A stretch of DNA of 64,000 bases, from IMG/VR virus record IMGVR_UViG_3300010373_000007, positions 4,792 to 68,791 of that record, one strand, 5' to 3'. The notes below the pieces were generated by a model that searched no databases, had not been told where the DNA came from, and was given only the letters and a program-made list of their open reading frames with translations. Each line of letters opens with the position of its first letter. Within the stretch, counting starts at the first letter, position 1. This stretch comes from a virus. Both the position numbers and the translations under genes were made by a program. Below, piece after piece: positions 1 through 8,961 of this stretch.

Positions 1-2985
1 GTTGTAGATCTGGATCTCCTGCAACGACGTGACGCCCACGGGCGTCGTCCCGTTGAAGGTCAGGTGCGCGTCGTCGGTGAGCTGACCGCCGGTGCTACCG
101 AACGGGACCCGATGCTGCGTCGCCGCGAAGACGCTGATCGTATCGGGCGTCCCGACAGCGACACCGAGCATCCCGCTGCCCCCGCCGTAGGACATTGTGG
201 TGGGCGACGCGCCCGACGCGCCGGTGTTCGCGACGAAGCTGTGCGCGGCGATGGATCCGATCTGGGAGAGGGTGAGCCCGGAGATGGTCGACACGTTCGA
301 TCCGGCCGAGATGCTGAGCCCCCCACCGCTGATAGTCGCGCGCTGGAGGCCGCCTCCCCCGTTCAGCGTGATCGTGGCGTTGTCGATCTTCGTCCCGATG
401 GTGACGGCGCCGGCACTAGCCGAGACAGTCGACGGGTCCGTCGCGGCGAGGCTGGTGACGCCACCACCACCGGTTCCCGTGCAGTCAAGCACTCCACCCG
501 ATAGGGAGCAGTGAGGTCCGATTGTTATCTCCGATGGCGCCGCCGGAGACGCCCCCGAGTTACCGAGAATCGTCCCGTTGGTCTCGTTCTGGATCTTGGC
601 GTAGGTGACGGACGACGATGAATACGCTGCGGTCGCCAGTGTGCCGCACCCAAGCGTTGATCCACTCTCGCGATAGGCGCACCCGCTGGCCGCCGTCGCC
701 TGGATGTCCGCTACATTCCCGGTGCTGTTGGCGCTGCGCCCGAGGATAGCGAGCGGTCCGCTCTGACGGATCTTCGCGTTAGAGATGCCGTTGTCCGCGA
801 CTTGGACGCCGCCGCCGCCGCCCTGGTTGAGCGTCACGCCGTCGAGGTTGACGTCCACGTTCGGGTTCCCGGAGGCGCCAGTCCCATTCGTCACCACGAT
901 CGATGAGCCAGAGCTTGTCAGCGTGCGCGCGGACGTCGTCCCGGACGAGGTACGGACCACGATTCCATTGCTGCCCGGGTCCGCTAGGAATGCGTCGAAG
1001 CTCTTATATGCCCCTCCGTTCTCGCTGTATTGCAAGACGCCCGCGAGGTTCCTGAGCCTGGCATTGCCACTGGCCGAAACGGCTGACGTGCTCGGCCAGA
1101 GCTCAAAGCCACCATCTGCCCTGATAGTGATCTGCTTCTGGACCAGCGATCCTCCGTTGACGTTCAGAAATGTAACGTCTCCATGGAACGCAACGGGGTC
1201 AGAAGAATTGATCATCTGAAAAACGGCGTCGCCGCCCGGCCCGGCCCCGGCAGCACTCTCGCCGAACATCGTCATCAACATCGATGACTGCGCGTGGTTG
1301 GTGAGCTGGATCCCGGCGTTCCCGGCAGGGTTCGCGTCGTACACCCCAATCCGAGCCTGCTGACTGTTCGCGGAACTGTCGTTCGAGACTGCCAAGGGGA
1401 AAAGGCCGAGAGCGGCGCCACTCACGTTCCCAATTGCCGATTGACTCGCGCCAATTCGAAACCCGTACAGACCCACGTATAACCCAGTCCCGGTTGTCAG
1501 CGTCGCCTGCGAAGCAACAGTGACTCCGTCAGACCCCCAGTTTCCGCCGGCCGTGAAGGAACCGGATCCACCGACGCTGATACCGGTGTTCTGGCTCGCA
1601 TTGGTCGCCCGGTTGACGCTGAGGCCCGTCGCTCGAATTCGGAGAGGGACCGTCCCGTTGACGGCGTACTTGTCCGTCACGCCCGCGTTGGCCATGTCGA
1701 CGAAGACGTCCCCCGCGATGTTCCCAGCCCCCGGCGTCGTGCCCTGGGAGACGTGCGTCCCGAGCACCGCGGTCTCCAGATAGGTCGCCCCGTCGTACCA
1801 CTGCCAGGCCAGGCGCCCGCCGTAGTTGGTATTCGCCACGATCGTCGGAGACGCGAAGCTGCCCTGTGACTTCTGGAGCGTGACGCGGGGCCCGCTGTCG
1901 CTGGTCGCGTAGGTCCCGACGCCAACGCCGCGGTCCGTCGCCGCCGCCTGGTCGACGAGATGGAGCTGGAATGCCGCCGCAGAGGTTCGCAGGCCAATGC
2001 GGGCGTTGCTGACATCGACCGAGAACTTCGTAGGATCGTCAGTGAGAGTTCCGGTTGAACTGAAGTAGGCAACACCGTTCGCCGTCCCCGTAACCGAACC
2101 GCCCGGAACGAACTGCCAGACGAGCGCCGTCCCGGCGGAATTCACCATCAGCGATTGCCCGGCTGCCCCGCCGCCCAGATAAGCCGGGACCGCGCTCGCG
2201 TTGGTGGCGTTCGCAAGCACCGAGAGCGAGCCCGCGGCACCAAAAGCGGTCGTCCAGGTCCCTCCCGCCGTGGTGATGGCGCCGGAAAGTACCGGGGCGT
2301 TGGCAGCGGCCACGGCCCCCGTTACGCTCGCGCCCGCGGCGAGATTGACGCCCGGATTGGGATACGTCCCCGTGAGCGCACCGCCGGCAGCGCCCGACGG
2401 AGGCAGGGACGACGGCGTGCCGGTCAACTGCGAGTAATCAAGGACGTGAAAGGCGAGTGCCGTCCCCGTGTCCATTAAGACCTGGCCCGATGTTGTCGCG
2501 GTGGCCAGGGTGAGCGCGGCGGAGCTTGTTCCGACGTTCGCGTAGATCGAGAGACCGACCACGGGCGTCCAGGCCGACGCAGCGCTCCCGGTCGGCACGT
2601 CGATGACGCCCGTGATGTGGAGGCGCTGGAGGTTGCCGCCAGTCGTGCCGATCGTGACGCCGTCGGTCCCGGCGATCGCCGGCGGCGCGCATGCCCACGC
2701 ACCCGAGAGGCGCACCGGGACATCGCCGTCGGCCGAGCACGCGACGTCGGTCAGGAGGCCGGCCCCGTTCGCCGCCGGGAAGCTGAGCGCGGCGTGCCCG
2801 GTGTTGATCACGGGGGCGCCCGCGAACGACGGCGACGGCGACGGGAGGTTCTTCAGGTAGCAGGGCGTCCCGATCGGGCACCCCGCGGCGTCCTGCGGGT
2901 GGCTCCAGAGCTGCGGGGTCTGGGCGCGCGCCGGCGCGGCCGCCAGGAACGCGACCAGGAGGGCTACGACTCGGGCCTTCCCCAT
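1..2985 (-). CDS. Large secreted Gly/Ser/Thr/Ala-rich repeat protein, tail-fibre- or adhesin-like; C-terminus lies beyond window start
   Basis: Minus frame is open from ATG 2985 to base 1 (995 codons). It is missing from the ORF track only because no stop lies in the window, and no other ORF in that frame is listed. N-terminus MGKARVVALLVAFLAAAPARA/QTP looks like a Sec signal peptide. Body has recurring ...LTDDxxxF... and ...AKIxxxxxxxLG... segments. Confidence 0.7.
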   Translation of the reverse strand, partial: MGKARVVALLVAFLAAAPARAQTPQLWSHPQDAAGCPIGTPCYLKNLPSPSPSFAGAPVINTGHAALSFPAANGAGLLTDVACSADGDVPVRLSGAWACAPPAIAGTDGVTIGTTGGNLQRLHITGVIDVPTGSAASAWTPVVGLSIYANVGTSSAALTLATATTSGQVLMDTGTALAFHVLDYSQLTGTPSSLPPSGAAGGALTGTYPNPGVNLAAGASVTGAVAAANAPVLSGAITTAGGTWTTAFGAAGSLSVLANATNASAVPAYLGGGAAGQSLMVNSAGTALVWQFVPGGSVTGTANGVAYFSSTGTLTDDPTKFSVDVSNARIGLRTSAAAFQLHLVDQAAATDRGVGVGTYATSDSGPRVTLQKSQGSFASPTIVANTNYGGRLAWQWYDGATYLETAVLGTHVSQGTTPGAGNIAGDVFVDMANAGVTDKYAVNGTVPLRIRATGLSVNRATNASQNTGISVGGSGSFTAGGNWGSDGVTVASQATLTTGTGLYVGLYGFRIGASQSAIGNVSGAALGLFPLAVSNDSSANSQQARIGVYDANPAGNAGIQLTNHAQSSMLMTMFGESAAGAGPGGDAVFQMINSSDPVAFHGDVTFLNVNGGSLVQKQITIRADGGFELWPSTSAVSASGNARLRNLAGVLQYSENGGAYKSFDAFLADPGSNGIVVRTSSGTTSARTLTSSGSSIVVTNGTGASGNPNVDVNLDGVTLNQGGGGGVQVADNGISNAKIRQSGPLAILGRSANSTGNVADIQATAASGCAYRESGSTLGCGTLATAAYSSSSVTYAKIQNETNGTILGNSGASPAAPSEITIGPHCSLSGGVLDCTGTGGGGVTSLAATDPSTVSASAGAVTIGTKIDNATITLNGGGGLQRATISGGGLSISAGSNVSTISGLTLSQIGSIAAHSFVANTGASGASPTTMSYGGGSGMLGVAVGTPDTISVFAATQHRVPFGSTGGQLTDDAHLTFNGTTPVGVTSLQEIQIYN

Positions 2986-3041
2986 GCCAAGGATGGTAGA
3001 GCGTCGCCCCTCCCGTGTCACGCCGGGCGTAGTATCGGCTC

Positions 3042-3545
3042 ATGCCGCAGACGACCGAGGAGAAGCTGTTCCCGCCCGACATGACGGACGATCAGGTGGC
3101 GGACGTGCTGATGGAGGAGATCCCGGCCGCCATCCGGATCGCGGTCGGCCAACCGCTGCGCGCCTTGTTCAAGATGGCGATCCTTCGCGAGCGCGGGCGA
3201 TGCTGCTTGCTCGCCGACCGGGCCGCCCGCCACCATCAGGCGGAGGCCATGCGGATCGACCACGCCCTCCCCGGCCTGACGCCGGGTACTCCCGCCCTCG
3301 GATCGGCGATCGCCGCCCAGCGCGCCCACGCGGCGATGGCCGGCGCGGCGGCGGGGATGGCGGTGGTGATGCGGCGCGCTCCCGGCGCCTGCGCGCGCTG
3401 CCGCGGGACCCGCCTCGTACCTGGGACCTTGGCCGGCCCGGACGGTCAACCGGTCGCCGTGCCCTGCCCGAACTGCCCGCCCGCGGCGCCGGACGCCTCC
3501 GTCTCGGAACTTCCGCCGGGCGCCCCCGCGGCCTCCGAGAGCTGA
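3042..3545 (+). CDS. Hypothetical protein with CxxC...CxxC zinc-ribbon-like C-terminal part
   Basis: 167-aa ORF with almost every third codon position G/C. Contains CARCRGT...CPNC. Divergent from the 1..2985 gene. Its last 100 nt overlap the convergent ORF 3446..4027, so one 3' end is uncertain. Confidence 0.55.
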   Translation: MPQTTEEKLFPPDMTDDQVADVLMEEIPAAIRIAVGQPLRALFKMAILRERGRCCLLADRAARHHQAEAMRIDHALPGLTPGTPALGSAIAAQRAHAAMAGAAAGMAVVMRRAPGACARCRGTRLVPGTLAGPDGQPVAVPCPNCPPAAPDASVSELPPGAPAASES

Positions 3546-4027
3546 TCCTCCGCCCCCGCCACCACGTCCCGCGCCGCCGCGATCGTGGGCGTGATCCGGA
3601 GGTCGAACTGGGCCCGGCGCCCGATGTACCCCTGGCGGCGCAGCTCCCGCCGGGTCTTCCGGCGCACCCGCACCTGGAGGTCCTCCATGTCGGCCCCCAT
3701 CCCCTCCAGGATGGCCCCGCAGAGCCTCGACAGGTCGTCCTCGTCCCGCAGGGCCGCCCGCTCCGCCGCCCGCGCGCCCAGGGCCTCGGAGAAGGCCGGA
3801 GACGCCGCCAGGGCGGTCGCGGCGCGCATCCGGTCCCGGAGGCCCGTCCTGACCAGCTCCTCCTCGCTGGCGCGGCGCAGGGCGGATTCGGGGGTCTCGG
3901 GCGGGAGGGCGCGGGCGGCGAGCCAGGTCACGTACAGGCGTGCGGGATCGGATAACGCGGCTGGTTGTTGTTCCACGTGGAGACAGTCTCGCACGCCCGC
4001 GCCGGGACCGGCGTAAGGTTTCGACAT
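3446..4027 (-). CDS. Hypothetical protein
   Basis: Internal ATG (MSKPYAGPG...) of track ORF 3446..4108. Downstream sequence is protein-like (EEELVRTGLRDRMRAATALAASPAFSEALGARAAERAALRDEDDLSRL...). No family recognised. Confidence 0.5.
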   Translation of the reverse strand: MSKPYAGPGAGVRDCLHVEQQPAALSDPARLYVTWLAARALPPETPESALRRASEEELVRTGLRDRMRAATALAASPAFSEALGARAAERAALRDEDDLSRLCGAILEGMGADMEDLQVRVRRKTRRELRRQGYIGRRAQFDLRITPTIAAARDVVAGAEDQLSEAAGAPGGSSETEASGAAGGQFGQGTATG

Positions 4028-4331
4028 GTGGAAAAAGCTGTTGATCGGCTGTGGGGTGATCTTCGGGATGATGGGATGCGGCGAGCCAACCATGGACTGC
4101 GCCGCCATTCCGGATGGCGTGTACCGATCGGCTGCCGGGGACGAATACGCCTTCGTCGGGGGCGGCGTGACCGGGTGGTTGTGCTCCGCGGCCCCCGTGT
4201 GTCCCGGAACGGTTACATGCGCACCGCCCGCGGAGACGGTCTACACCGTGGCCTTCGAGCGGTCTGGTGATGGTCTGCTCGCGACCATCTCGCCGCCCGA
4301 TCGGACGGTCGTCCTGGTGCCAGTTCCCTAG
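4026..4331 (+). CDS. Putative lipoprotein
   Basis: MWKKLLIGCGVIFGMMGC: basic N-terminus, hydrophobic core and a lipobox-like GMMGC. 101 aa with several further Cys. Confidence 0.6.
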   Translation: MWKKLLIGCGVIFGMMGCGEPTMDCAAIPDGVYRSAAGDEYAFVGGGVTGWLCSAAPVCPGTVTCAPPAETVYTVAFERSGDGLLATISPPDRTVVLVPVP

Positions 4332-5311
4332 AAGATCCCACCGGGATAGATCGACTGGCAGTAGCGGACCGCTCCGAACGCGAACTCCTGCGCAGCGGCT
4401 CCCGCGTTGGGGGTCACGGAGAACGCGGGCACGACGTTGACGTTGACGGGTAGATCGACGGTGATGTTCGACACGACCGCCTCGTTGATCAGGAACAGGG
4501 CCCGCGCGGTTCCCGCATCGTCGCGATTCGCCCCCACGAGGATCACGCGACAGCGGTAGACGGTGTTGGCCGTCGCGGTGATCCCGCTGCTGGACGTGTG
4601 CGTGACAGAACCCACGGCGGTCCGGCATTGCCACTGCGGGAAGGTGTTGTCCTTGTAGAAGTAGGCGCCGTTCCCCGTGTCGGGGGAATTTCCAGCTCCG
4701 GCGAAGCCGAACGCGTAGGTGATGTTGGCGAAGCCATCGGCGAAGACTGGGAAATCGACCGACGCCAGCGTGTCGTCTGTGAAGATCAACCCGGCCGAAT
4801 CGGGATCGAGATTCATGCTCACGGAGTCGTTGGCCACGATCCCGGTAGCGAATCGAATCGCCCTCTGCTGGACGAATGGGTTGCCGGCCACGAATCCGGC
4901 GCCTGGGGGGGGGTTGTCGATGGCCCCGGTGGTCCCGCCGAGCGCCTGGTGCCACCTCCCGACTTGGCGATTGCCCGGACCAGCGCCGTACACGTACTGC
5001 AAGCTGTGATCCCAGTTCTCCGTCCAACCATAGGTTGAAGTGCGCGAGAGGCCGAAGTGATCGTATCCAGAGATCGGTTGCCCCAGGGCATTCTCGTAGG
5101 CGATGAGGTTCTGGGTCCACTGGCTGGCGTTGGCGAATGGTGCCTGGAAATACGCCTCAAAGTCGACCGCAACCTTCGCCATCTGGGCCACCGATGCGGC
5201 GATGAGCGGATCGCCGTCTGCGGGCAGCGTGGCTTTGGGCGGCGTGCCGTCGACCGGCGGGTCGCTCGGTGCCTGCGTTGCGGTCGGGTCAGCGGTGTAC
5301 GTCGTGGCCAT
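4328..5311 (-). CDS. Distal tail protein, tail-fibre / receptor-binding candidate
   Basis: 327-aa ORF directly downstream of the baseplate genes. Pro/Thr/Ala-rich N-terminal linker followed by a beta-rich body. Call is by position only. Confidence 0.55.
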   Translation of the reverse strand: MATTYTADPTATQAPSDPPVDGTPPKATLPADGDPLIAASVAQMAKVAVDFEAYFQAPFANASQWTQNLIAYENALGQPISGYDHFGLSRTSTYGWTENWDHSLQYVYGAGPGNRQVGRWHQALGGTTGAIDNPPPGAGFVAGNPFVQQRAIRFATGIVANDSVSMNLDPDSAGLIFTDDTLASVDFPVFADGFANITYAFGFAGAGNSPDTGNGAYFYKDNTFPQWQCRTAVGSVTHTSSSGITATANTVYRCRVILVGANRDDAGTARALFLINEAVVSNITVDLPVNVNVVPAFSVTPNAGAAAQEFAFGAVRYCQSIYPGGIF

Positions 5312-5325
5312 GATCTGCTCCTATC

Positions 5326-6249
5326 CTACTGCGGCGGGATGAATGTGGTCGAGCCCCCACCCCAGGTGAGGCCGAGATCGCCCCACTTGGTGCCGACGGG
5401 CCAGCCCCAGGTCGGGCCGCTGTTGATGATCCAGCAGCCCATGTAGCGCGCCTTTCCGGGCTTCCAGAGGCGCACGAGGCCGTTCAGGACGGAGGCCAGC
5501 TGGCTTCCGGGCGTCAGGCCGGACACCGTGGCGCCGAACAAGATCCCGAACTGGTTCCAGAGCCGCGGGTCGGAGCCATCAAACGTCCACAGGGGATGCG
5601 TCCCGTAGACCGGCGTCCCGCCCGAGGCCGTCAGCCACGAGTAGCGTTGCCACCGCTGGATGACGTGGGCCCCGCTCGGATCTCCCATCGGGAACCCGGC
5701 GCGATCGAGCGCGTAGAGCAGCGAGGCGTGCGACCCGGCCGGCAGCCAACCGTGGTCGTCGGTCCAGCAGACCTGGAGGCGCGCGGCCAACGCGGCGTCC
5801 AACTCGCCGGTGGCGCGCGGGAGCTGCCGCTCGGACGCGATGAGGTCGAGGGCATCCGACGGCCCGAGCCCTGGGAGGTTGGCGAGCAGCGCCTGGCGCG
5901 CGCGCTCGAAGGCGGTGTCCTTCTCGGCGCCCAGGTCGTTCTCCCACGTCGGGCCCGTGTTGTTGCGGGTCCAGGGAGGCCCGATGGTCAGCTGGTACTG
6001 CTGGTACATCCCCTGCGTCACGTGCACCAGGGCCGTCGCCGTCGAGAGCACCGAGTCGGTCACGGTGACCTGGTCGGGGCAGAGCCCGCGCGGGCCGGCC
6101 TGGTAGATGCCGGTGGTCGGGTCGATCGAGCCCCCGGATCGGTTCGACGAAATCGAGAAGACGTAGGGCCCCGTGCCGCCCGCGGCGGCGAAGTTCGCGC
6201 GGCCGTTCGGCTTCACGAAGACGGAGGTCGGGGAGATCGAGAGCGCCAT
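5326..6249 (-). CDS. Baseplate wedge/tail protein (Mu gp48 / P2 gpI-like position)
   Basis: ATG at 6249 shares its A with the TGA of the upstream gene (TGATG). The upstream part of track ORF 5326..6744 is Arg/Gly shadow. 307 aa starting MALSISPTSVFVKPNG... with an Ig-like start. Confidence 0.6.
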   Translation of the reverse strand: MALSISPTSVFVKPNGRANFAAAGGTGPYVFSISSNRSGGSIDPTTGIYQAGPRGLCPDQVTVTDSVLSTATALVHVTQGMYQQYQLTIGPPWTRNNTGPTWENDLGAEKDTAFERARQALLANLPGLGPSDALDLIASERQLPRATGELDAALAARLQVCWTDDHGWLPAGSHASLLYALDRAGFPMGDPSGAHVIQRWQRYSWLTASGGTPVYGTHPLWTFDGSDPRLWNQFGILFGATVSGLTPGSQLASVLNGLVRLWKPGKARYMGCWIINSGPTWGWPVGTKWGDLGLTWGGGSTTFIPPQ

Positions 6250-8957
6250 CAGGTCGCCACCCAGGTGAGGCCCGCCGTCAGGCTCGTGCCGACGATTGGG
6301 ACGTGGCTGCTCGGGAGCGCGATGTTGCCGTCGCCGCCGGCGCCGGTCAGGGCCTCGCCAGTGAAGTTCGAGGCCGGGTCCGCCGCGATCGCGTCGCCGA
6401 TGATCTGGCGCAGCGCCTGGAGGTAGACCTTCGATCCGATCTGCACGCCGGCGAGGTACGCCGTCCAGGCCGCGTCCGCCTGTGTCTGGGCCTGCGCCAG
6501 GAGTGCCAGCCGCACCGTCACGGTCCCGGTCGCCGAGATCGACTGGTTCGTGGAGTTCTGCGTGGTGTTGTAGTCGGTGATCGGGCTCAGCTTGTCGAAC
6601 GCGGCCTGGACCGCCGTGACCGTCCCGCCGGCGACGGCGCCGCCCGCGTTGGCCAGGGTTGTGACGACCCCGCCCGGGGTGACGGCATCGGGGTCCATCC
6701 GGAAGCGGGTGACGAGCGGCGGCGGCGCGGCGGCGAGCGCCCACATGATGAGCCGATCCTGGACGGGGACCGCCGTTAGGTCGGGCCAGGCGTCGTCGAT
6801 CGCGGCGGTGACGTCCGCGTCGCTATCGCCGCCGGCGCCGAAGGTCGCGATCGCGGCGGCCTGGACGACCACCCCGGGGAGACCAGAGTCGAGCGAGGCG
6901 ACGAGCCCGCGCGCGGTTCCGGTGGTCTCGGCGGTCATGGTGACCGAGATCGACGAGTTCGTCCCCAGCAGGGCGGCTCCGGCGGTGACGTCGTAGCGCA
7001 CCCCGTCGGACGAGAGCCCGACGACCGATGCGACCTGCGCCGCGGAGTATGGGCCGTGCCAGGGGTCGCAGAACAGGGTGACGTTCTGGGTCGCGGCCGC
7101 GGCGGCGGCGCGCGTCTTGTCGTACCAGTAGAGCGCGATCCGGGTGAGGCTCGTCCCGGTGGCGGTGTCGGGGTAGCCGTTGTCGGCCAGCTTCTGCATC
7201 GCCAGGCCGCAGAGCGAGTAGATGACCTGGCTCTCCAGCTCCCAGTAGGTCCGCAGGGCCGCGTTGCTCTCCCAGTCGGTGATCTCGTTGGCAGGGATCG
7301 AGATGTAGGCGAGGAGGAACGCCTTGAAGTCGGCCAGCCCGAGGGCCGGGATCAGGTCGGAGATCGACTGCGGGTCGGCGGCGAACGGCGACCCCGGCGC
7401 CGGCGCGGGCGGCGCGGGCGGCGCGGCGGTACCCGCCTGGGCGGGTTGCCAGGAGAGGCCCGCCAGGAGGGTGTAGCCGGCGGCCTGGGCCGGCGCGCTC
7501 CCGGCCGGAACCGCGAGGTCGGCGGCAACGCCGTTCAGCGTGAGGCCCTGGACGTCGACCGCCCCGAGGTCGCCCAGGATCCGGTAGAAGACCTCCATCT
7601 CGACGATCCCGGAGCCGTCGATCGGGATCGTCGCCAGGTACTCCTCCCACTGCTCGTCGGCGACCGCCTGCGCCGCCGCCAGCTGGTTGGCGGGGATCGT
7701 GATGGTCGCCGCCGCCGTGATGCCAAGGACGGTCGCGGACAGGGCGGTCACCATCTCCGCGGGCGATGTGCTGCCTGGGACAGACGGCGACGCGGGGGCC
7801 GGGACGCCGACGAACCCGGCGAGCTTGGGCTGGACGAAGTCCTCGATCGCCGCCTGGGCCGAGGGCGTCGCCGCGCCCGCCGCGCTCGCGACGGTGACGA
7901 GCATCCCGCCCGGTACGCTCGGATCGGCGTCCGTCCAGACTCGGAGGACCTCCGGCGCGGCGGTGCGCGCCCACAGTTCTACCGCGCCCGCCGTGGGGAT
8001 CGCCGACAGCGCCGGCCAGCGCATCTTGCAGCGGCGCCGGAACAGGGGATCGCTCTCGGCGTCCGTCCCGTGGGCCAGGAAGGAGGATCCCGCCCGGATC
8101 GTGAAGAACGACCCCTGGACGAAGCTCGTGGTCGCGCCGGGGCCGTTCGTGAACGCCAGCCGCGCGCCGCCGCCAGGCAGGACCATCGTCGGCGGGATGA
8201 CTCCGCGCCCCACCCAGGTTAGGCCGCCGTCGATCGAGACCGAGAAGGCCCCCGATCCGACGTTGCCAGAGGCGTCGATCCGGATGCGGATGACGTCAGG
8301 GGTCGTCCCCGGCCACGACCCGGCCGCGACGGTGCCTGGCGAGGACCCGACCTGGCGCGCCGGCAGGAAGTCGCTCGGCTGGACGTTGGTGACGGTCACG
8401 CCGGCCACCGATGTCACCAGTTGCGTCACCGTGCCGGGCGGGTCGAGATAGGAGGCGCCCGCGGTCGCGGCGGCGAACGGGGCCATCGGCGCCGTATTGG
8501 GAGCCAGCGTCATGCTCTGGCCCGCTGGGAGCGACAACACGTAGCGGTTGCCGGTCGCCGGTGAGCGAACGGTGAGCTGCCCGTCCGTGAACGACTGCGC
8601 CGAGGAGTTCGGGCCGCAGATGAACTGCATGTTCTGGACGGTCTTCGTCGCGCCGTACTTGGTGAGCCGGTAGAACTTCTTCCCGAGGTAGGACAGGAAG
8701 TAGCCGGTATCGGCGGAATCGGTCGCGGTCTCGATGAGCCGCCCCATGCAGAGGGCGGCGATCCGGGCGGCGGCAAGTTGGGCGAGCGCGCCCGAGACCA
8801 TGTCGAGGCGCAGGTTCTCCGAGCCGCCCGCGCTCGACGGCACCCACGAGGACGCCGGCAGGCCATCGGCCGTCAGCGCGGTGACGAGGCGCGCGCGGAT
8901 CGTCGCTTGGGTCTCGGGCGTCGACAGATCGGCGAAACTGTAGGGGCTGTTTCCCAC
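6249..8957 (-). CDS. Baseplate J-like protein, apparently two J-like modules in tandem
   Basis: 902 aa. Sits between the gp25-like and wedge genes. N- and C-terminal halves show a similar layout of Ala/Thr/Gly-rich beta segments joined by a Pro/Ala linker (AAPPAPPAPAPGSP). Confidence 0.65.
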   Translation of the reverse strand: MGNSPYSFADLSTPETQATIRARLVTALTADGLPASSWVPSSAGGSENLRLDMVSGALAQLAAARIAALCMGRLIETATDSADTGYFLSYLGKKFYRLTKYGATKTVQNMQFICGPNSSAQSFTDGQLTVRSPATGNRYVLSLPAGQSMTLAPNTAPMAPFAAATAGASYLDPPGTVTQLVTSVAGVTVTNVQPSDFLPARQVGSSPGTVAAGSWPGTTPDVIRIRIDASGNVGSGAFSVSIDGGLTWVGRGVIPPTMVLPGGGARLAFTNGPGATTSFVQGSFFTIRAGSSFLAHGTDAESDPLFRRRCKMRWPALSAIPTAGAVELWARTAAPEVLRVWTDADPSVPGGMLVTVASAAGAATPSAQAAIEDFVQPKLAGFVGVPAPASPSVPGSTSPAEMVTALSATVLGITAAATITIPANQLAAAQAVADEQWEEYLATIPIDGSGIVEMEVFYRILGDLGAVDVQGLTLNGVAADLAVPAGSAPAQAAGYTLLAGLSWQPAQAGTAAPPAPPAPAPGSPFAADPQSISDLIPALGLADFKAFLLAYISIPANEITDWESNAALRTYWELESQVIYSLCGLAMQKLADNGYPDTATGTSLTRIALYWYDKTRAAAAAATQNVTLFCDPWHGPYSAAQVASVVGLSSDGVRYDVTAGAALLGTNSSISVTMTAETTGTARGLVASLDSGLPGVVVQAAAIATFGAGGDSDADVTAAIDDAWPDLTAVPVQDRLIMWALAAAPPPLVTRFRMDPDAVTPGGVVTTLANAGGAVAGGTVTAVQAAFDKLSPITDYNTTQNSTNQSISATGTVTVRLALLAQAQTQADAAWTAYLAGVQIGSKVYLQALRQIIGDAIAADPASNFTGEALTGAGGDGNIALPSSHVPIVGTSLTAGLTWVAT

Positions 8958-8961
8958 GTCC

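Noticed and set aside
3018-5120. 700-aa minus-strand ORF, the longest in the left part of the track
   Set aside because: Extremely Arg/Gly/Pro-rich with no recognisable motifs. It overlaps four better-supported genes in other frames, so it is a typical off-frame shadow of GC-rich coding DNA.
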